64,000 nucleotides of DNA, from NCBI GenBank assembly GCA_010093815.1, contig ML996568.1; one strand, 5' to 3'. Positions 13,114 to 26,493 of this stretch are shown here, piece by piece (positions within the stretch are counted from its first letter, which is position 1; each line of letters starts with the position of its first letter). The stretch is from Pseudovirgaria hyperparasitica (lineage: Eukaryota). The position numbers were made by a program, and so were the translations under genes. The notes under the pieces were generated by a model, which had not been told where the DNA came from, made no database searches, and was given only the letters and a program-made list of their open reading frames with translations.

Positions 13114-13872
13114 ATGGCGGACGTCAGATCTATGCTCAGGCAAGAACGGGCAGCAAGAGAGCAGAGCAAAACGAAAAGACGAGCTCCTGTGCCACCGACG
13201 ATTGCATCCACGAGCAAGAAGCGTAAAGCGAGCGATGATGACGAAGTTGCCCAAACACGCAAAAAGAACAAGGCCAAGCAGGACAAGAGTCTTCCGTCTG
13301 GTTACTTCGAGGCTGAGTCGGCAGTGGAAGAAAAACCTGTGGTCGAAACACCAGCACCCGTTCAGGCAGAACAACCCAAAGCATCTGCAACCATAACCGC
13401 GGCTGTTCCTCCGATCGCACATATAAAAGATAGCGATGTAGATGAGGATGAATGGGCAGCATTTCAGCGAGAGGTTGCCATGCCACCCTCGGAAGAAACA
13501 AATCGTGCGGCGATCCTGGCACTAAACACGAATGCTGTCATAGCAGCTGCACCGTTGACCGCTGCAGACCTAGCTGCACAAGCACGAGAAGAGCAGAGCG
13601 CGCAAAGAGGAAGACGCGACGCAGAGCTCGAGGAAGAAAAAGAGGAAGCCGCGCGTCATCTGGAGGAAGAATTTGACGAAATGGAAGAACTGGAGGAAAG
13701 AGTGAGGAAGCTCAGAGAAAAACGCGAGGCGCTTCGAAGGGGACGGGAGGCCAGTCAGAAGGCTCCCATAACGTCGGAGGCGGTCACTACCCCGAAGCCT
13801 GATGAACCTGAAGGTTCGAGCGATGAGGGTTCAGACGAGGACTGGGACGACTGGCGATTCAAACCTGCATGA
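13114..13872 (+). CDS. ZNF830/CCDC16-like coiled-coil nuclear protein
   Basis: Intronless 252 aa. MADVRSMLRQER start, LPSGYFE, DEDEWAAFQRE, acidic coiled coil and terminal DEDWDDWRF. Confidence 0.65.
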   Translation: MADVRSMLRQERAAREQSKTKRRAPVPPTIASTSKKRKASDDDEVAQTRKKNKAKQDKSLPSGYFEAESAVEEKPVVETPAPVQAEQPKASATITAAVPPIAHIKDSDVDEDEWAAFQREVAMPPSEETNRAAILALNTNAVIAAAPLTAADLAAQAREEQSAQRGRRDAELEEEKEEAARHLEEEFDEMEELEERVRKLREKREALRRGREASQKAPITSEAVTTPKPDEPEGSSDEGSDEDWDDWRFKPA

Positions 13873-14231
13873 GAGCTTCTGCTGTCTTCAAAAGGTTTGG
13901 TCGGAGGTGGACGAGAACGTACGCCCTCAGTATACCTTCCTAATCCAGCCGACCACAAACTGGCTACCAATGCGTCGACTTGCGCTTAGAAGAAAGGCGG
14001 CACAGGTTTTGTATATACCGACCCGTCTAGTGTCTCTCAGAAGACTTCATATCTGCATACCAAGGTCGTTTCGCAGACTCTCCTTCTGACTTCCGAGGAA
14101 GCCAATAGCACCGGACTGTATACAATCACGTGGCCCATTTCGCGTCGGAACGATTCAAGGAGTGTCATTATTCGTCTACCATATTACATGCATTCGCCAA
14201 CAAGCCGCTAGAACCAAAACCACTCATGTTC

Positions 14232-14651
14232 CTAAGTGCAATTCGTGCACTTCTGACATTGGAAGCTCGCCGTTCTTCCACCCAAGTTTGCGTCTCCCGC
14301 ATGCCCACCACTGTAGTTCTTGAAGTCCTCGCTGCCCGGTGGGAACAGAATCGCATCTCCAGATCCCAGATTGGCACAGTTGTCCACCGAGGTAGTCCGG
14401 CAGTACGCACCAGGGGCAACCAGGAATGTGCCGACGTTGTTGTATAACGGTGCCTCGAGTTGCACGCATTTTGTGAAGGGCATGTCTGGTTCGCCGTCAA
14501 AGGGTAGGCTCCATGTCTGGCATGTGCCTGCTTTATTGGAGTCGGTGCAGAGTGTTACGTCGGCGGTGCCATCGAAGGTCTCGCGCTTCGTGGTTGGTGC
14601 AGCGAAGGAGAGGGCGGAGAAGGAGAGCATTAGGGCGAGGATGCCTTTCAT
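14232..14651 (-). CDS. Small secreted cysteine-rich protein (effector candidate)
   Basis: 139 aa. Hydrophobic signal peptide MKGILALMLSFSALSFA, KR dibasic site, 8 Cys, TATATAA box upstream. Confidence 0.82.
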   Translation of the reverse strand: MKGILALMLSFSALSFAAPTTKRETFDGTADVTLCTDSNKAGTCQTWSLPFDGEPDMPFTKCVQLEAPLYNNVGTFLVAPGAYCRTTSVDNCANLGSGDAILFPPGSEDFKNYSGGHAGDANLGGRTASFQCQKCTNCT

Positions 14652-14777
14652 TTTGATGGTGAAAAGTTGTTGATTGCGTTTGGTGTCGGTTGGTGAGTGA
14701 TCGGATGTGTAGGTGTACTCGTGGACAGAGCTATGGAATGCTTGATGATGTCCTGACCACAGCGGACCTACACATAC

Positions 14778-14784
14778 TTATATA
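14778..14784 (-). promoter_or_regulatory. TATA box of the small secreted protein gene
   Basis: TATATAA on the minus strand about 130 bp upstream of the ATG at 14651. Confidence 0.55.
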
Positions 14785-16051
14785 CTAAATGAGTCGTCAC
14801 ACCCGCCACGTTTGCGTTGCACACCTTGGTGCCGTTCTCTCCTAGCTTATCCACCTCTGCGTATACAGAGCTCTAAGAATACACACAAGCTTTGTTTTCT
14901 CGCCGCACGCCAGGGCTCATCACATCACATCACAGCCGCACGCGCCTTAACGAAGCGCCGCATCGTGCACGGCCGTGGCTATACCTCTTTCGGGCATGAT
15001 GCACGTCGAAAGTTTGGTCTTCAGGGTTTTGCCGGCAAGGCTTGATGCACGTGCGGTTATGCCGGGCGGTATGACGATGCTGATCAATAAATCCTTTCGT
15101 GCATGCACATGCTGCAGGCCTTATGTTTGTGAGAATAAGCATCGAGTATACTACCCTGCTGAGATATGAGTTTTTTTTTTAGGAAATCGGTAATCACCGC
15201 CAGATGCATGGGAGTCCTGGCTTTATTATAGCGGTGAATTGAACATGAGTATCGGACTTCCACGGTACTGATGAGTGGCAGTGATAGAAAGATGGTTAGG
15301 CATCGGATCTTGCAGCTGCAGCTACAGCTACCTCCGATCGCCATGGATGCAGATCGATAGCGCAGCGAGGCAACGCGGGGTCTGACCTGATCCTTTATCT
15401 GGGTTGCGTTGCATGCAGCCATCTATCGATAGTTTGCCTCACATATGCAACGCTGACAGCAAAGGGTCCTTTTTCCCTTTCGATACGTCTCATCCTTGCG
15501 ATCGATAAGTAATACGTCAAACTAGACGTTTGAGTCAAGAATAGTGACGACACAGAGTTCAGGCTCTATTGTAATGGCAAGCATTAGTTAACGTTAGTCA
15601 ATACCGCCTCGCAACGACTACAAATCCAACACAACTAACATGATAACTCTAACTCAAGAGCTTCCTAAATGCCAGATCTTCTCCCTCCGACCTCAGGTGC
15701 TTAATACTATGATATAGTCTTGAGAACAAGATCGCTACAGGAGGATAGCTGTGGAGACTTCAATTGCGAAAATGGTGCTCCGCAGTTATCATGGTTGACA
15801 TCCGCATTCATAAGCATTATGCATGCAGAGGATTGACTGTTGATATCCCAAGTCCAATATATCGGTTCTCAGTTCCACTGTGATCTCCCTTGTAGCCATG
15901 TGCTCCGTCCGTATCTATCATCAACTGTCACCGATTTAAAGCATTTCATGAGCATCGTGTGGTATCTTGTGTTACCCATCGTCGCATCACGAAGGGCCAT
16001 CATGGAACTAGGCTCCGTTTATATTGATTCGAACCATGTTCGTTTTATCAT

Positions 16052-17357
16052 TCAGTAATGCGCCACTTTCCGAATCGAGTCATATATGCCTAGAGTAGGA
16101 ATCAGTTACAGTGCCTTCAAGGCGGACCCTACTGGGGGAAGAGACGTACGAACTACATCCGGTATGTTAAATTTCTCATACGCCATACCCATGTGCGTGG
16201 ACCAGCCACATACTCGTTGCACAGGCGCCTCGAGTCTCAAAAATGCCCCTTCTTGAATTGTAGCAGCGACTTCGGCTCCAACACCTGCGTTTACCATACT
16301 CTCATGCACGACAATGGCCCGGCCTGTTTTTGAAACACTCTCGAGCACTGTCTTCCTGTCCCATGGATATATTGTTCGCAGATCGATCAGCTCGCAGCTG
16401 ACGCCAAAGTCCTTCTCTGCTGCTTCAATCGCGTTTGAGCAGTGGTACAACGGCGTACCGTATGATATGACTGTGATATCTTGGCCGGTCTTTAGGATAT
16501 CGGCTTTGTCTAGAGGCAAAGTATAGGGATCATTGGGCACTTGCTCAACGGCGGCTCGATAGAGGACTTTAGGCTCCATGAAAATGACAGGATCAGGAGA
16601 TGCAATGGCAGCAAGTAATAGCCCCTTTGCTTGGGATGGTGATCGAGGTATGATAACTCGAAGACCAGGTATGTGCGTGAAGAGGGATTCGGGAGACTGT
16701 GAGTGATATCTACGATAGTGTCAGTTGGTTCCGGGTGTTTGCATATGGTCCATACAATGCACCATGTCCCACGCTCCCTGTAGGCATCCTCACGACCATA
16801 CCCCCGCAGTCCATGCCAGTCCCACCAGCTCTGTATCTCATCTTGGCAGCTTCATTCACCAATTGATCAAAGGCTGGATAGACATAGTCCGCGAATTGGA
16901 TCTCAGCCACCGGCTTCATGCCCTCCGCCGCACATCCAATTGCAAAGCCAACGATTGCTTGCTCACACAATGGAGTATTGAAGACTCTTTCGGATCCGAA
17001 GTCTGTTGATAGATTCATACTGCACCTGAATACACCACCGAAAGCCACATCTTCCCCAAAGAGAAGGACGCGATCATCTGTGCTTAGAGCATGACGAAGA
17101 GCCGAGTTTACAGCCTGGAACAGGTTCGTTCTTGTAGTCTTACTGTTCTTCCGTACTGATTCGGGTAACTCAGGATTAGCAAGTATGGACTTTGAGCTTT
17201 GATGTAATATTGGAGTCGAGGAGAAGTCGACAGGGAGATTCAGGCGTGCATTTGCGGGAGCGGCTGAGGAGTAGGTGCGATGTGGTGCTACTTTGCTTTT
17301 CGTCGAGCGCGCGAAAATTGAGAGGCACTGTAGTGAGCGTGAGCACCGGGCTGTCAT
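16052..17357 (-). CDS. BCKDHB: 2-oxoisovalerate (branched-chain alpha-keto acid) dehydrogenase E1 beta subunit, mitochondrial, 3 exons
   Basis: [74 protein letters not shown]. Arg/Ser-rich presequence. Last exon [11 protein letters not shown]. Confidence 0.95.
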
Positions 17358-17508
17358 TGTGTGTGGAGAAGATACATGACCAGAAAGGAAAACAGAAGAG
17401 ACGGGCCTGAGAGTTCTGGTTAAGTTGTGGTGTTTGATCAGTCAAGCATGCCCGGCGGCCTGTGTCGGCTCAAGCTGGAGACGAAATCCGGGGTAAATGG
17501 TGCCTGTT

Positions 17509-17519
17509 TGCCTGAGGCC
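17509..17519. promoter_or_regulatory. Palindromic GCCTGAGGC promoter motif
   Basis: TGCCTGAGGCC in the divergent BCKDHB/MAM3 intergenic region; the same core recurs at 33883, 51273 and 62999. Confidence 0.5.
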
Positions 17520-18009
17520 AAACCGTTGACGAACGTCCTGAGTCGCGCCATTCCTAAAGTAAAGAGGCGCATATTTTTGCTGCGAACCGTGCGACGGACG
17601 CTGGGATTTGGCTTCTTGGGTATTAGCTAGGCCCCCTCCTTTGTCCTGACATAGAAGACATTAGCAGTATATTCTTTATCGTGCTCTCCCTCCCTTGTTT
17701 GCTCAATCAATTGACCAACATATACATTCCCATCAGCCTCGACGGTACTATCGCCGTTCACGACGCCTGTTCATGCATGTGAGCATTCTGTGTAATGACA
17801 TAACCGCTCCGCCATCAGGTGGAAGCTAAGACTAGCGACTAATCCAAGCTCCCAGCCCACCCGTGCAGACCCAGAACTCACGATCGTCCATACTTCAGGC
17901 GCGAACGTATCTTCATCTTCGACTTCGCGGATCGCTTTCGACAACCTTCATTTGAGGTACAGCCTCGCGCTGTTTGGAAATAACTGTGTACCGGTCACTG
18001 TGACTCCTG

Positions 18010-20371
18010 ATGATTCCCACGAGCCTTCTGGGTCATGGCACGCGCCACGCGATGGGAGGGTATTCCTCTACCCGCGTCGTAGTACTCGGTCTAGGGAAAA
18101 TACTGTTCTTACTCCTGGGGAGTCTGCCATTCCTTCATGCAGCACCTCTTCATACTTCCTCTGTCAGTATCCTGGATGAAGTCGAGCCAAAGGAGCCCGA
18201 TGACCCAAGTCTGTGGGTCTATCTCAGTACCGCTATCGTCCTAGTCCTCCTGGGAGGCGTGTTCGCAGGTCTTACAATAGCGTATGTATATTCCAAGATC
18301 GTTCTTGAGTTCTTAATTGACAGAACATAGCTTAATGGGCCAGGATGAAGTCTACCTACAAGTCATCGCAGCCTCTGGGGAAGGAAACGAACGGAAGAAT
18401 TCCGCCAGAGTGCTTCGGCTGCTAAAGAGGGGGAAACATTGGGTTCTCGTCACCCTTCTGCTCAGTAATGTTATCACGAATGAGACACTACCAATTGTAC
18501 TTGATAGGTCTCTGGGTGGTGGTTGGCCCGCTGTCGTCGCAAGTACCGTATTGATCGGTAGGTATCCATCCATACATTGTGTGTAGCTCTAACGCTGACC
18601 ATTCTTAGTTATCTTTGGTGAAGTTGTCCCACAATCCATTTGTGTCCGCTTTGGTCTTCCCATTGGAGCTTGGTGCGCTCCAATGGTGACAGTGCTCATG
18701 TGGATTATGTCTCCCGTTGCATACCCGACCGCGATGCTCCTCGATAAAGTCCTAGGCAAAGACCATGGCACAATGTACAAAAAGGCGGGACTCAAGACAT
18801 TGATGACGTTGCATAGAACCCTTGGCACCTCTCCAGATGAACGCTTGAACCAAGACGAAGTTACAATCATCAGCGCTGTTCTAGACTTGAAAGATAAGTC
18901 TGTCGGTACCATCATGACGCCGATGAATGACGTCTTCACACTGTCTGCAGACACCGTTTTGAACGAGGACATGATGGATACTATTCTGTCAGCAGGTTAC
19001 TCACGCATTCCAATTTACGCTCCGGACAACCAGAGGAATTTTGTCGGCATGCTTCTTGTCAAAATGCTCATTACCTATGATCCAGAGGACTGCCTGAAAG
19101 TTAGGGACTTTGCTCTCGCTACACTGCCCGAGACACGTCCCGAGACTAGCTGTCTAGATATCGTCAATTTCTTCCAAGAGGGCAAGTCACATATGGTTCT
19201 GGTCTCGGATTTCCCAGGAGAATCTTTTGGTGCTCTAGGGGTCGTTACTCTAGAAGACGTCATCGAAGAGTTAATTGGAGAGGAAATCATCGACGAGTCT
19301 GATGTGTTTATCGACGTTCACAAGGCCATCCGTCGCATGGCTCCTGCACCCCGTTCGAGGGTGCCGAAGGGCGAGGTGGTCAACAATGATCTAGAGAACG
19401 TAAAGCGTGCTCTCGAGGTACCAGAGTCCCGTGATGCCTCTACCGATAGGGATCCAAGGCAATCTAGGAAAGGATCTACAGTCGAATATGGACAAAGCCC
19501 GAAGACAACGACATTCCTCATGCGCAGAAAAAGTAGTGGCACCGATGCACCAAATGGACATGCCACGACGCTACGGACCAGTGATCAAAATCAGATTCGA
19601 GAGCATCTTAAGCATCTTGGCCCGTCCAATGCTGCCAGCAAGCCCAAAACTACTCGCTTTTCCGCAGTCAAAATTAAACCTGGAGTTGGTACTATTCCCG
19701 AGAACCACTCAGCGCCTCAACGGCCAACGACTGTACATGCAGATACCGCGCCTCAGGGGGGCTTTGGAGAAGGGCTACTCGCAGGAGGTGGTCGCGATGC
19801 CAGTGATGGTGTAATCGCTCTTGCGCAAGGCTACGGGACATTGACCAGAAGTCCAACCCAATCTAGGGACGCAGATAACTCCAAGCCGGACAGCGCCAGT
19901 GATAATGACAACACCCCACGACCAAAGTATAAATACGGTTTATCAGAAAATGCGTTCGACAGCACTGATAAGCTGGTCATCGATAGCAAGACGCCCGAAT
20001 TACGAAAGTCGGACTCACACAGTACCATCGGATCGCTACACTCAAATGTCTCACAAGAGGAACCGAAAAGACGAAACACTGCGCGCAGTGGCAGTATCAC
20101 TGAGAACTTCATTGATCACGGAGGCGTCAAGAAGATGATACTCGAAACGACGAGTAGCTCGAACAGTGACGACGGCGATAATCACGATGATAACCAAGCA
20201 GGGCCCAGCAAGGACTCCAAGCATGACCAGAAAGACGGCGCATCGGCATCAGAAACGACCACCAAGTCAAAGAAAAAGCGGAAGAAGCGTGTAAACAAGA
20301 AAAAGAAAGGCGGCGACAGTGGCAATGGGAACGATGACGATTCAGAGCGAGCGCCGCTACTTCACAAATAG
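18010..20371 (+). CDS. MAM3: MAM3/CNNM-family membrane protein (DUF21 + tandem CBS), 3 exons
   Basis: [95 protein letters not shown]. The start could be 18052. Confidence 0.93.
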
Positions 20372-21432
20372 TCTTGGTACTTCATACTTTATATTTCCCC
20401 TCTGTTTGACTATACACCTATTTTTTGAGGCCGAGTCGTAGATTGGAACACTTCGTCCTGAGCGAAGATCCGGGCGTCAAAAGTCTGCACTTCCAATGCA
20501 TATCCCGGAGTAAACATTATAAATAATTCAAATTACAATGCGCATAAAGTCCTGCGCTTCATAACTACTTTTTGACTTGTCGAAGTTACATAGATAGGCT
20601 TTATTCTCGCCTCACTAATAGAAAGTAGCTAACTCCATATGAAAAACCGATCTGAACGATCTCTTCTCTAGTAAAAAAACAGTACATCAACTAAGGTCAG
20701 CCTGTCTCCCGCTCACATTTCTAGAGGAAAAATAGCCCCTCTGCTGGGCGTAAAGCGGCTATAGCCACTCTTATCCTACGTCGGAGTAGTTGTATAGCTA
20801 GAGTAAGTCGCCTTACATTCTGTTGGCTATTAAAATATTAGAATACTCGTCTTTTAGTAAACCTCTACATGAAATCTTCTCTTATGAATAATGTGTGTAC
20901 ATGGTAGAACGAAAGCGTGCGGTGTAGATCTCTCTTACAGCAAACGCGGTGATACAGTGGGATGAGAATATCAAAGGCTCCAATGGCTATGCGTATAGGT
21001 GAATGTCAGAGTAGTCGGATCTTTTTAAGGCTCTGCTGGACAGAGAAAGAACTGGGTTGCCAGGAGTAGAGAAGTACGGCTTTGTCAGAAAGTGAAGAGT
21101 ATATTTAGGATCTACAATACAAAGAAACATTCAGAAGCGCTCAAGGAAGAGTAATTCGTAGGTGCCGCCGCTGGTGAAGTCGAATGATCGGACAATAGGT
21201 GGCTATGGTATCATGATATGTGGTAGCAGGAACCGAGTTTCACATGAGAATCGTGAGTTGACGCGTATTGAAGAAGTAGAAAAAACGCTTCACTTTTGAG
21301 ATAGGAACTACAACGTCGATATATCTATACTCAAAAACAATCGCGAAACCCCCATCGAATAAGACAGAAACGCCCATATCCAACGGAGGGACACCAGTAA
21401 AAGCCCTCCTCTCTCCTTCATTCCTTAACATC

Positions 21433-22960
21433 TTACTCTTTCTCATTCCTATTAACCTCATCGGCCTGTTCCTGCCCATCTTTCCCTCTCACCCGAGATA
21501 GCCTCTCTTTCCTCTCCGCTTCCCAAAACGCCCTCTGCCTTGCAGCCCGTTGCTCTCTCGCCTTCTGCCCAAACACCGTATTCGCACGCCTAGGCAGCCG
21601 TGCCTCCGTCGTTTTAGCTGTTGTACTTCTCATAGTTAGAGAGGCTGAAGTACCTGATCTTCCTGCCCGTGCCCTGAGGGGCCGACCACCCACTTCCGTA
21701 ACGTCCAGGACCGCCTGGGTGATCTTGTCCTCCATCTCGGTCTTGGATGGAGGTGTGGTGACTACTTGTAGCACCCACCCGGAAGTCTTGCTGGACTTCC
21801 CAGCAGGTGGTGTCGACTGCGTCGACGGCTGCTGGGTAGTGGCGTCTGCGGTTGCTTGAGGCGGACTGTGGCGCGCGACGGGCTGTTGGCTATGGGATTT
21901 TCGTGGTGCTGGCGCCGGCGAACTCAGCTTGCGGCGCTTGCTGTTGGTGGTGAAAGTGGTGGCGGCAGGCGGCGGACGTGTGTTTGCTGAGGACGCGGCT
22001 TCGTCCTCGGATGCTGCATCATCCAGATCCATGCGAGCACGCTTCGCACTCTTCATTATGGCGGCTCCTGTTTTGGCGATACCCTGTCGAGCTACGTTAG
22101 TGCTGTTTGCTTTGGACATGGGCAGCTCGCAAAGTCTCACAATTCTTGGGTCGCCTAAAATGTCTCTAATAGCACTTGTCTGACCGGCCGAGACTGCTGG
22201 CTGCTGGGTACGAGGTTTTCTAGCTCTGGGAGCAAGGGGATCATGCTCCTCACGAGCAGTACCAGCACGGCGTGCTGCGTTGGACTCTCTGAAAGGTACT
22301 CCAAGCGCACTCTCCGGAATCGGGAGGTTGTGGCCTGCTTCCAGGGACCTTGCACCATCACGAAGGCGTATGTTCGCGCTCAGAGTCGGTCCTATCAGGT
22401 AGTTAAATATGGAACATGTCACTGGGTTGGGCAAGCAAGATACCTGTTTCGGAGCTGCCAGCAGCTCCAGATCCGCTTTTATTGCCGTTGGCAATCGCAG
22501 TTCTCGCGCTCACAGGTGCTGGAGCCCTGCTATTGTCCTGCTGGCTACGATCGGTGATGTTGATCTGTATATCGAGCTTGCCATTATTGACAGCCTGCAG
22601 GAACAGGACTGTCCGTTGGAACTGCTCCAGGTCCATATCCTCACAGGTCCTAGCAGCAGACTGCAGGCCACTGCCTTGGGAGACCGCGAATTTAGGCAGC
22701 GGGCCAGTGAAGATCGAGTTTATGTGGTCGGTGACCACTTTGTAAGCGCTTTCGAGGCGCACACGTTCTGACGGACGTGGATGTTGGACTAGATGATCTT
22801 GTCCGATGCATGCTTCGAGCGCGGTTACCTTACACCCAGGGATTGGGTGTTTCAGGGGGCGGTGGACGAATTCGATCTGCTCTGCTTCTCTTTGACGCTG
22901 CTTATAGTTGGCAGTGTCTTCGTAGGCCCTGCTTGGGGATCCGCTTCTTACGGACGACAT
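21433..22960 (-). CDS. Hypothetical basic low-complexity protein, 2 exons
   Basis: ATG at 22960 (MSSVRSGSPS). A short GTATCT...TAG intron at about 22443-22393 joins the overlapping ORFs 22403-23260 and 21433-22494. Contains an NLS-like KRRKL. Confidence 0.65.
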
Positions 22961-24299
22961 CTTTATTTGTATACTTCGGTGGCGTGGGAGGTATAAGTAA
23001 GAATAGACAATCACTGCTTGATAGCTGATGAGATGCAAGAGACGATCAGGTGAGCGATGATGGATACTTGACAGGTCAAGAAGCCAGTGATAGAGACTGT
23101 AGCGGATGAAATTTTCTTGAACGCGTGACAGCAAACTCAGTGAGAAGAGAGACAGAGAAATCGAGCTATAAGACGAGGTGGGGCGGCGGAAAGGTTTGGC
23201 GTTCGGTGAATACCGTGGTGACGCGAGACCTGTTGTTTTGACATCGTGGTGAAGGCACATGTGAACAATAATTGCCCGACGCTAGATAAGCCCTGTGAAG
23301 AATAGACGATGTTCACAAAATAACATAGTGTGCAAAATACTTACGTATCAATTTTATTGTTCGTTTTTCTGTTCTATGGGCACTTCCTCATAAGGGGTGA
23401 GGGTAGCCAGTTTGAACAGCAGTTCATCGCACAAGGACGAAGGCAGTGTGTTGGATGATGAGTATATACACCATTACCGACCTCCTAATGTAGTAAGGGG
23501 ATCGATTCAATTGAACCAAGTCAAGTTGAGTTCTCTCCATGGCGAGGAAACAGCCTGCACAATACAATACCCTTTCAACAGAACAATGTCCGTCATGGGA
23601 CATTCAGCATGTTTGGCACTGAATAGAAAGGAAAAAAGAAAAGGCAGTACGATTACTCTTCATTCGATAACGAGGAATCGTACGAGCGAATGGATCGAGA
23701 TTCGGAAAGGTATCTATATAGTCATAAATTGCGTATCACTATCCGACGGTTTGATGAAAATATTAGATCGAAGGATAGGACCGAAAAGGAAGTTCTAATG
23801 TTTTATTCGTCAACAAGTATCGTTCACACCTGGACGTATATATGAAAAATGTATCAACGAATGTGAGCAGCGGAGATGGACACTGGCTGTGCCATGGATG
23901 GAACATTAATGATAGTGACTGACGTTCCCTCTCGTCGTCTACAATAGGAAGTAGCATTTAAGGAGCAGGCGTAACCTTCTTGCTGTGACGTGCCCCAATC
24001 TGCCGGGGTCGGCCCAATAAGAGCTCCGCAGCGTCACGTGTCTGAAACATCACCCAATCAAGTTTGGTACATTATGCGCCAACCCATCAGTGGTTTCTGG
24101 CGCCGAGGCTTCTCTACCATCAACTCGGACAGTTAGGTTGCGGCCAGAAGACGTTGTGTGGAGGCGGCGTGTAATCATAGTGTCAGTCTCCATCTCCACA
24201 GATACATACCATGTGGCTGCTCTACCATCTTTCGTCAGTACTCGCACATCTCATGCTATCTACTCAACATCATTTGTTCTTTGTCTCTGCTCTCTCGAT

Positions 24300-25968
24300 A
24301 TGGTAAACAAACGCCTATTGGCGGCGACAGCCTTTTGTGCCGCATTCTACATAACTCGCAATGCGCCAGATTATGCAATCAAACAGTCTTTGGGATGGAC
24401 TTTCTGTTCTTTATTTCTAGGTCTCATCGCTGCAGCATATACATGGTCTATACTCATATTTCCCAACTTTTTGAGTCCGATACGAAACTATCCAGGCCCA
24501 AAGGTACGCACAATATATTCTCATATATTAATCATCCCTCATATATCCGCAGGGCGGGAACATTTTTATGGGATTCTTCTTTGATATCGTACGACAACCA
24601 ACTGGGGAACCAATGAAAGCATGGCTCGATGATATACCCAACGAGGGACTGATCTACTATCGAAGCGCGTTCAATGCTGAACGACTACTGCCCACGACAC
24701 CCAAGGCCATTGGTGAAGTTCTTGTCTCCAAAAGCTATGAGTTCATCAAGCCGAAACAGATCCGTGAAGGTCTTGGTCGCCTCCTTGGGATTGGTGTTCT
24801 GCTAGCAGAAGGCGACGAGCATAGACGACAGCGCAAACTCCTCATGCCTGCGTTCCAGTTCCGTCATATCAAGGATCTCTACCCTGTCTTCTGGATGAAG
24901 TCAGCAGAGATGGTGACCGCGTTGAGCAAGACCAACTCTGTCCCTAATGCCTCAGGTACTTCTCCGATCATTTCAATTATCGATTGGGTGTCGCGGTGTA
25001 CACTGGACATCATTGGTGTAGCAGGCATGGGCCAGGATTTTGATGCGATCCAGAATCCTGACGGCGACCTGAGTACCACCTACAGGACCATCTCGTCGCC
25101 TTCTTCAGCGACCCGTATCCTGAACGTTATCGCGATCGTGGTGCCAATGTGGATATTACGTCGTCTACCCATCAAGCGGAACGAGGATATGATCCATGCT
25201 ATCCGTACGATCAAGAGTACATCACGAAATCTTATCCGGTCAAAGAATGAGAAGCTAGCGGCCGGGGCAAACACCGATACTGATATCTTGTCTGTTGCTA
25301 TCACCTCTGGTGGTTTCAGTGAAGACGACTTGGTCAATCAGTTAATGACCTTCTTAGCTGCCGGACATGAAACAACAGCATCTGCCATGGCTTGGGCCGT
25401 GTACCTCCTCTGTCGGCATCCGGAAATCCAGTCTCGTCTCCGCGAAGAAGTTCGCGAACAACTGCCGTCAATTTCAGACGGCTCATCGGTTACGTCCCAG
25501 CAGATCGACAACGTGCACTACTTGTCAGCCGTGTGCAACGAAGTGCTTCGCCTGTACCCTCCTGTTCCGATGACGCTACGACAAGCAAGCAAAGACACCA
25601 CCATTGCAGGCCATTTTGTCCCGAAAGACACGACAGTGTTCATTCCGATCTGGGCAATCAATGTCAACAAAGCAATGTGGGGTGATGATGCAGAGGAATT
25701 CAATCCAGAGAGGTGGATGGCTCCAGGACAAGCCAATTCAGGTGGCGCAGAAAGCAACTATGCCATGACAACATTCTTGCACGGCCCGAGATCGTGCATT
25801 GGACAAGCCTTCGCCCAAGCGGAGTTCAAATGTCTTTTGGCTGCGATCGTAGGGAAATTCGAACTTGAGGCGACGGACTTGGATACCCCGTTGGACATAG
25901 TCGGAGGCGTAACGCAAAAGCCTAAGGGAGGAGTGCCTGTGAGACTTAAGGAGGTGCCAGGCTGGTGA
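24300..25968 (+). CDS. Cytochrome P450 monooxygenase, 2 exons
   Basis: N-terminal membrane anchor; intron 24504-24552; AGHETTA (I helix), EVLR (ExxR), FNPERW and heme motif FLHGPRSCIG. Confidence 0.95.
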
Positions 25969-26493
25969 TAGATAACCGCCTCATCCCTCGATTTCATTCC
26001 ACTTCCGCTTGCAAAGATCACGGCTATCGGCTGAAAAGCTGGTTCGCGGCTGACAAATATGCTGCCTTAGGAGCTCCTTTCCGTATATTAACTAGCGTAC
26101 CTAGTGAAGACACATACCTCAGGGCTGCATCCAATGAAGACAGCTTTGTAATCAATGTATATCAGGTAATCCTCACCCGAGGACCCTTGATGGAAGATTG
26201 CCCCACTAGAGCTAGCTACTACCTAGCTAGGCTGATCCCGAGTTTCGCCCAGTGACGCAATAATTGGCTGCATGATGAGAAACCGAGAATTAATTGTTAA
26301 GCAAAGCTCTTGGGCTAGATACTGCTGAACTCAACTATAAATTCTGCATGTCCTGTCGGCACTGAACAGTTCTGAACTTCAGACAAAAGAGAATCTTCCA
26401 CAGTCAAATACATACCTCACAGCACATATCCCTGTCAATTGCGCGATCATACCCCATACCCCACAGTATCTCTGTTCTCTCAATAGTACCACC

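Noticed and set aside
13114..13872. No zinc finger in the ZNF830-like protein
   Set aside because: No sign of truncation, and as I recall other filamentous-fungal homologs also lack it; not evidence of novelty.
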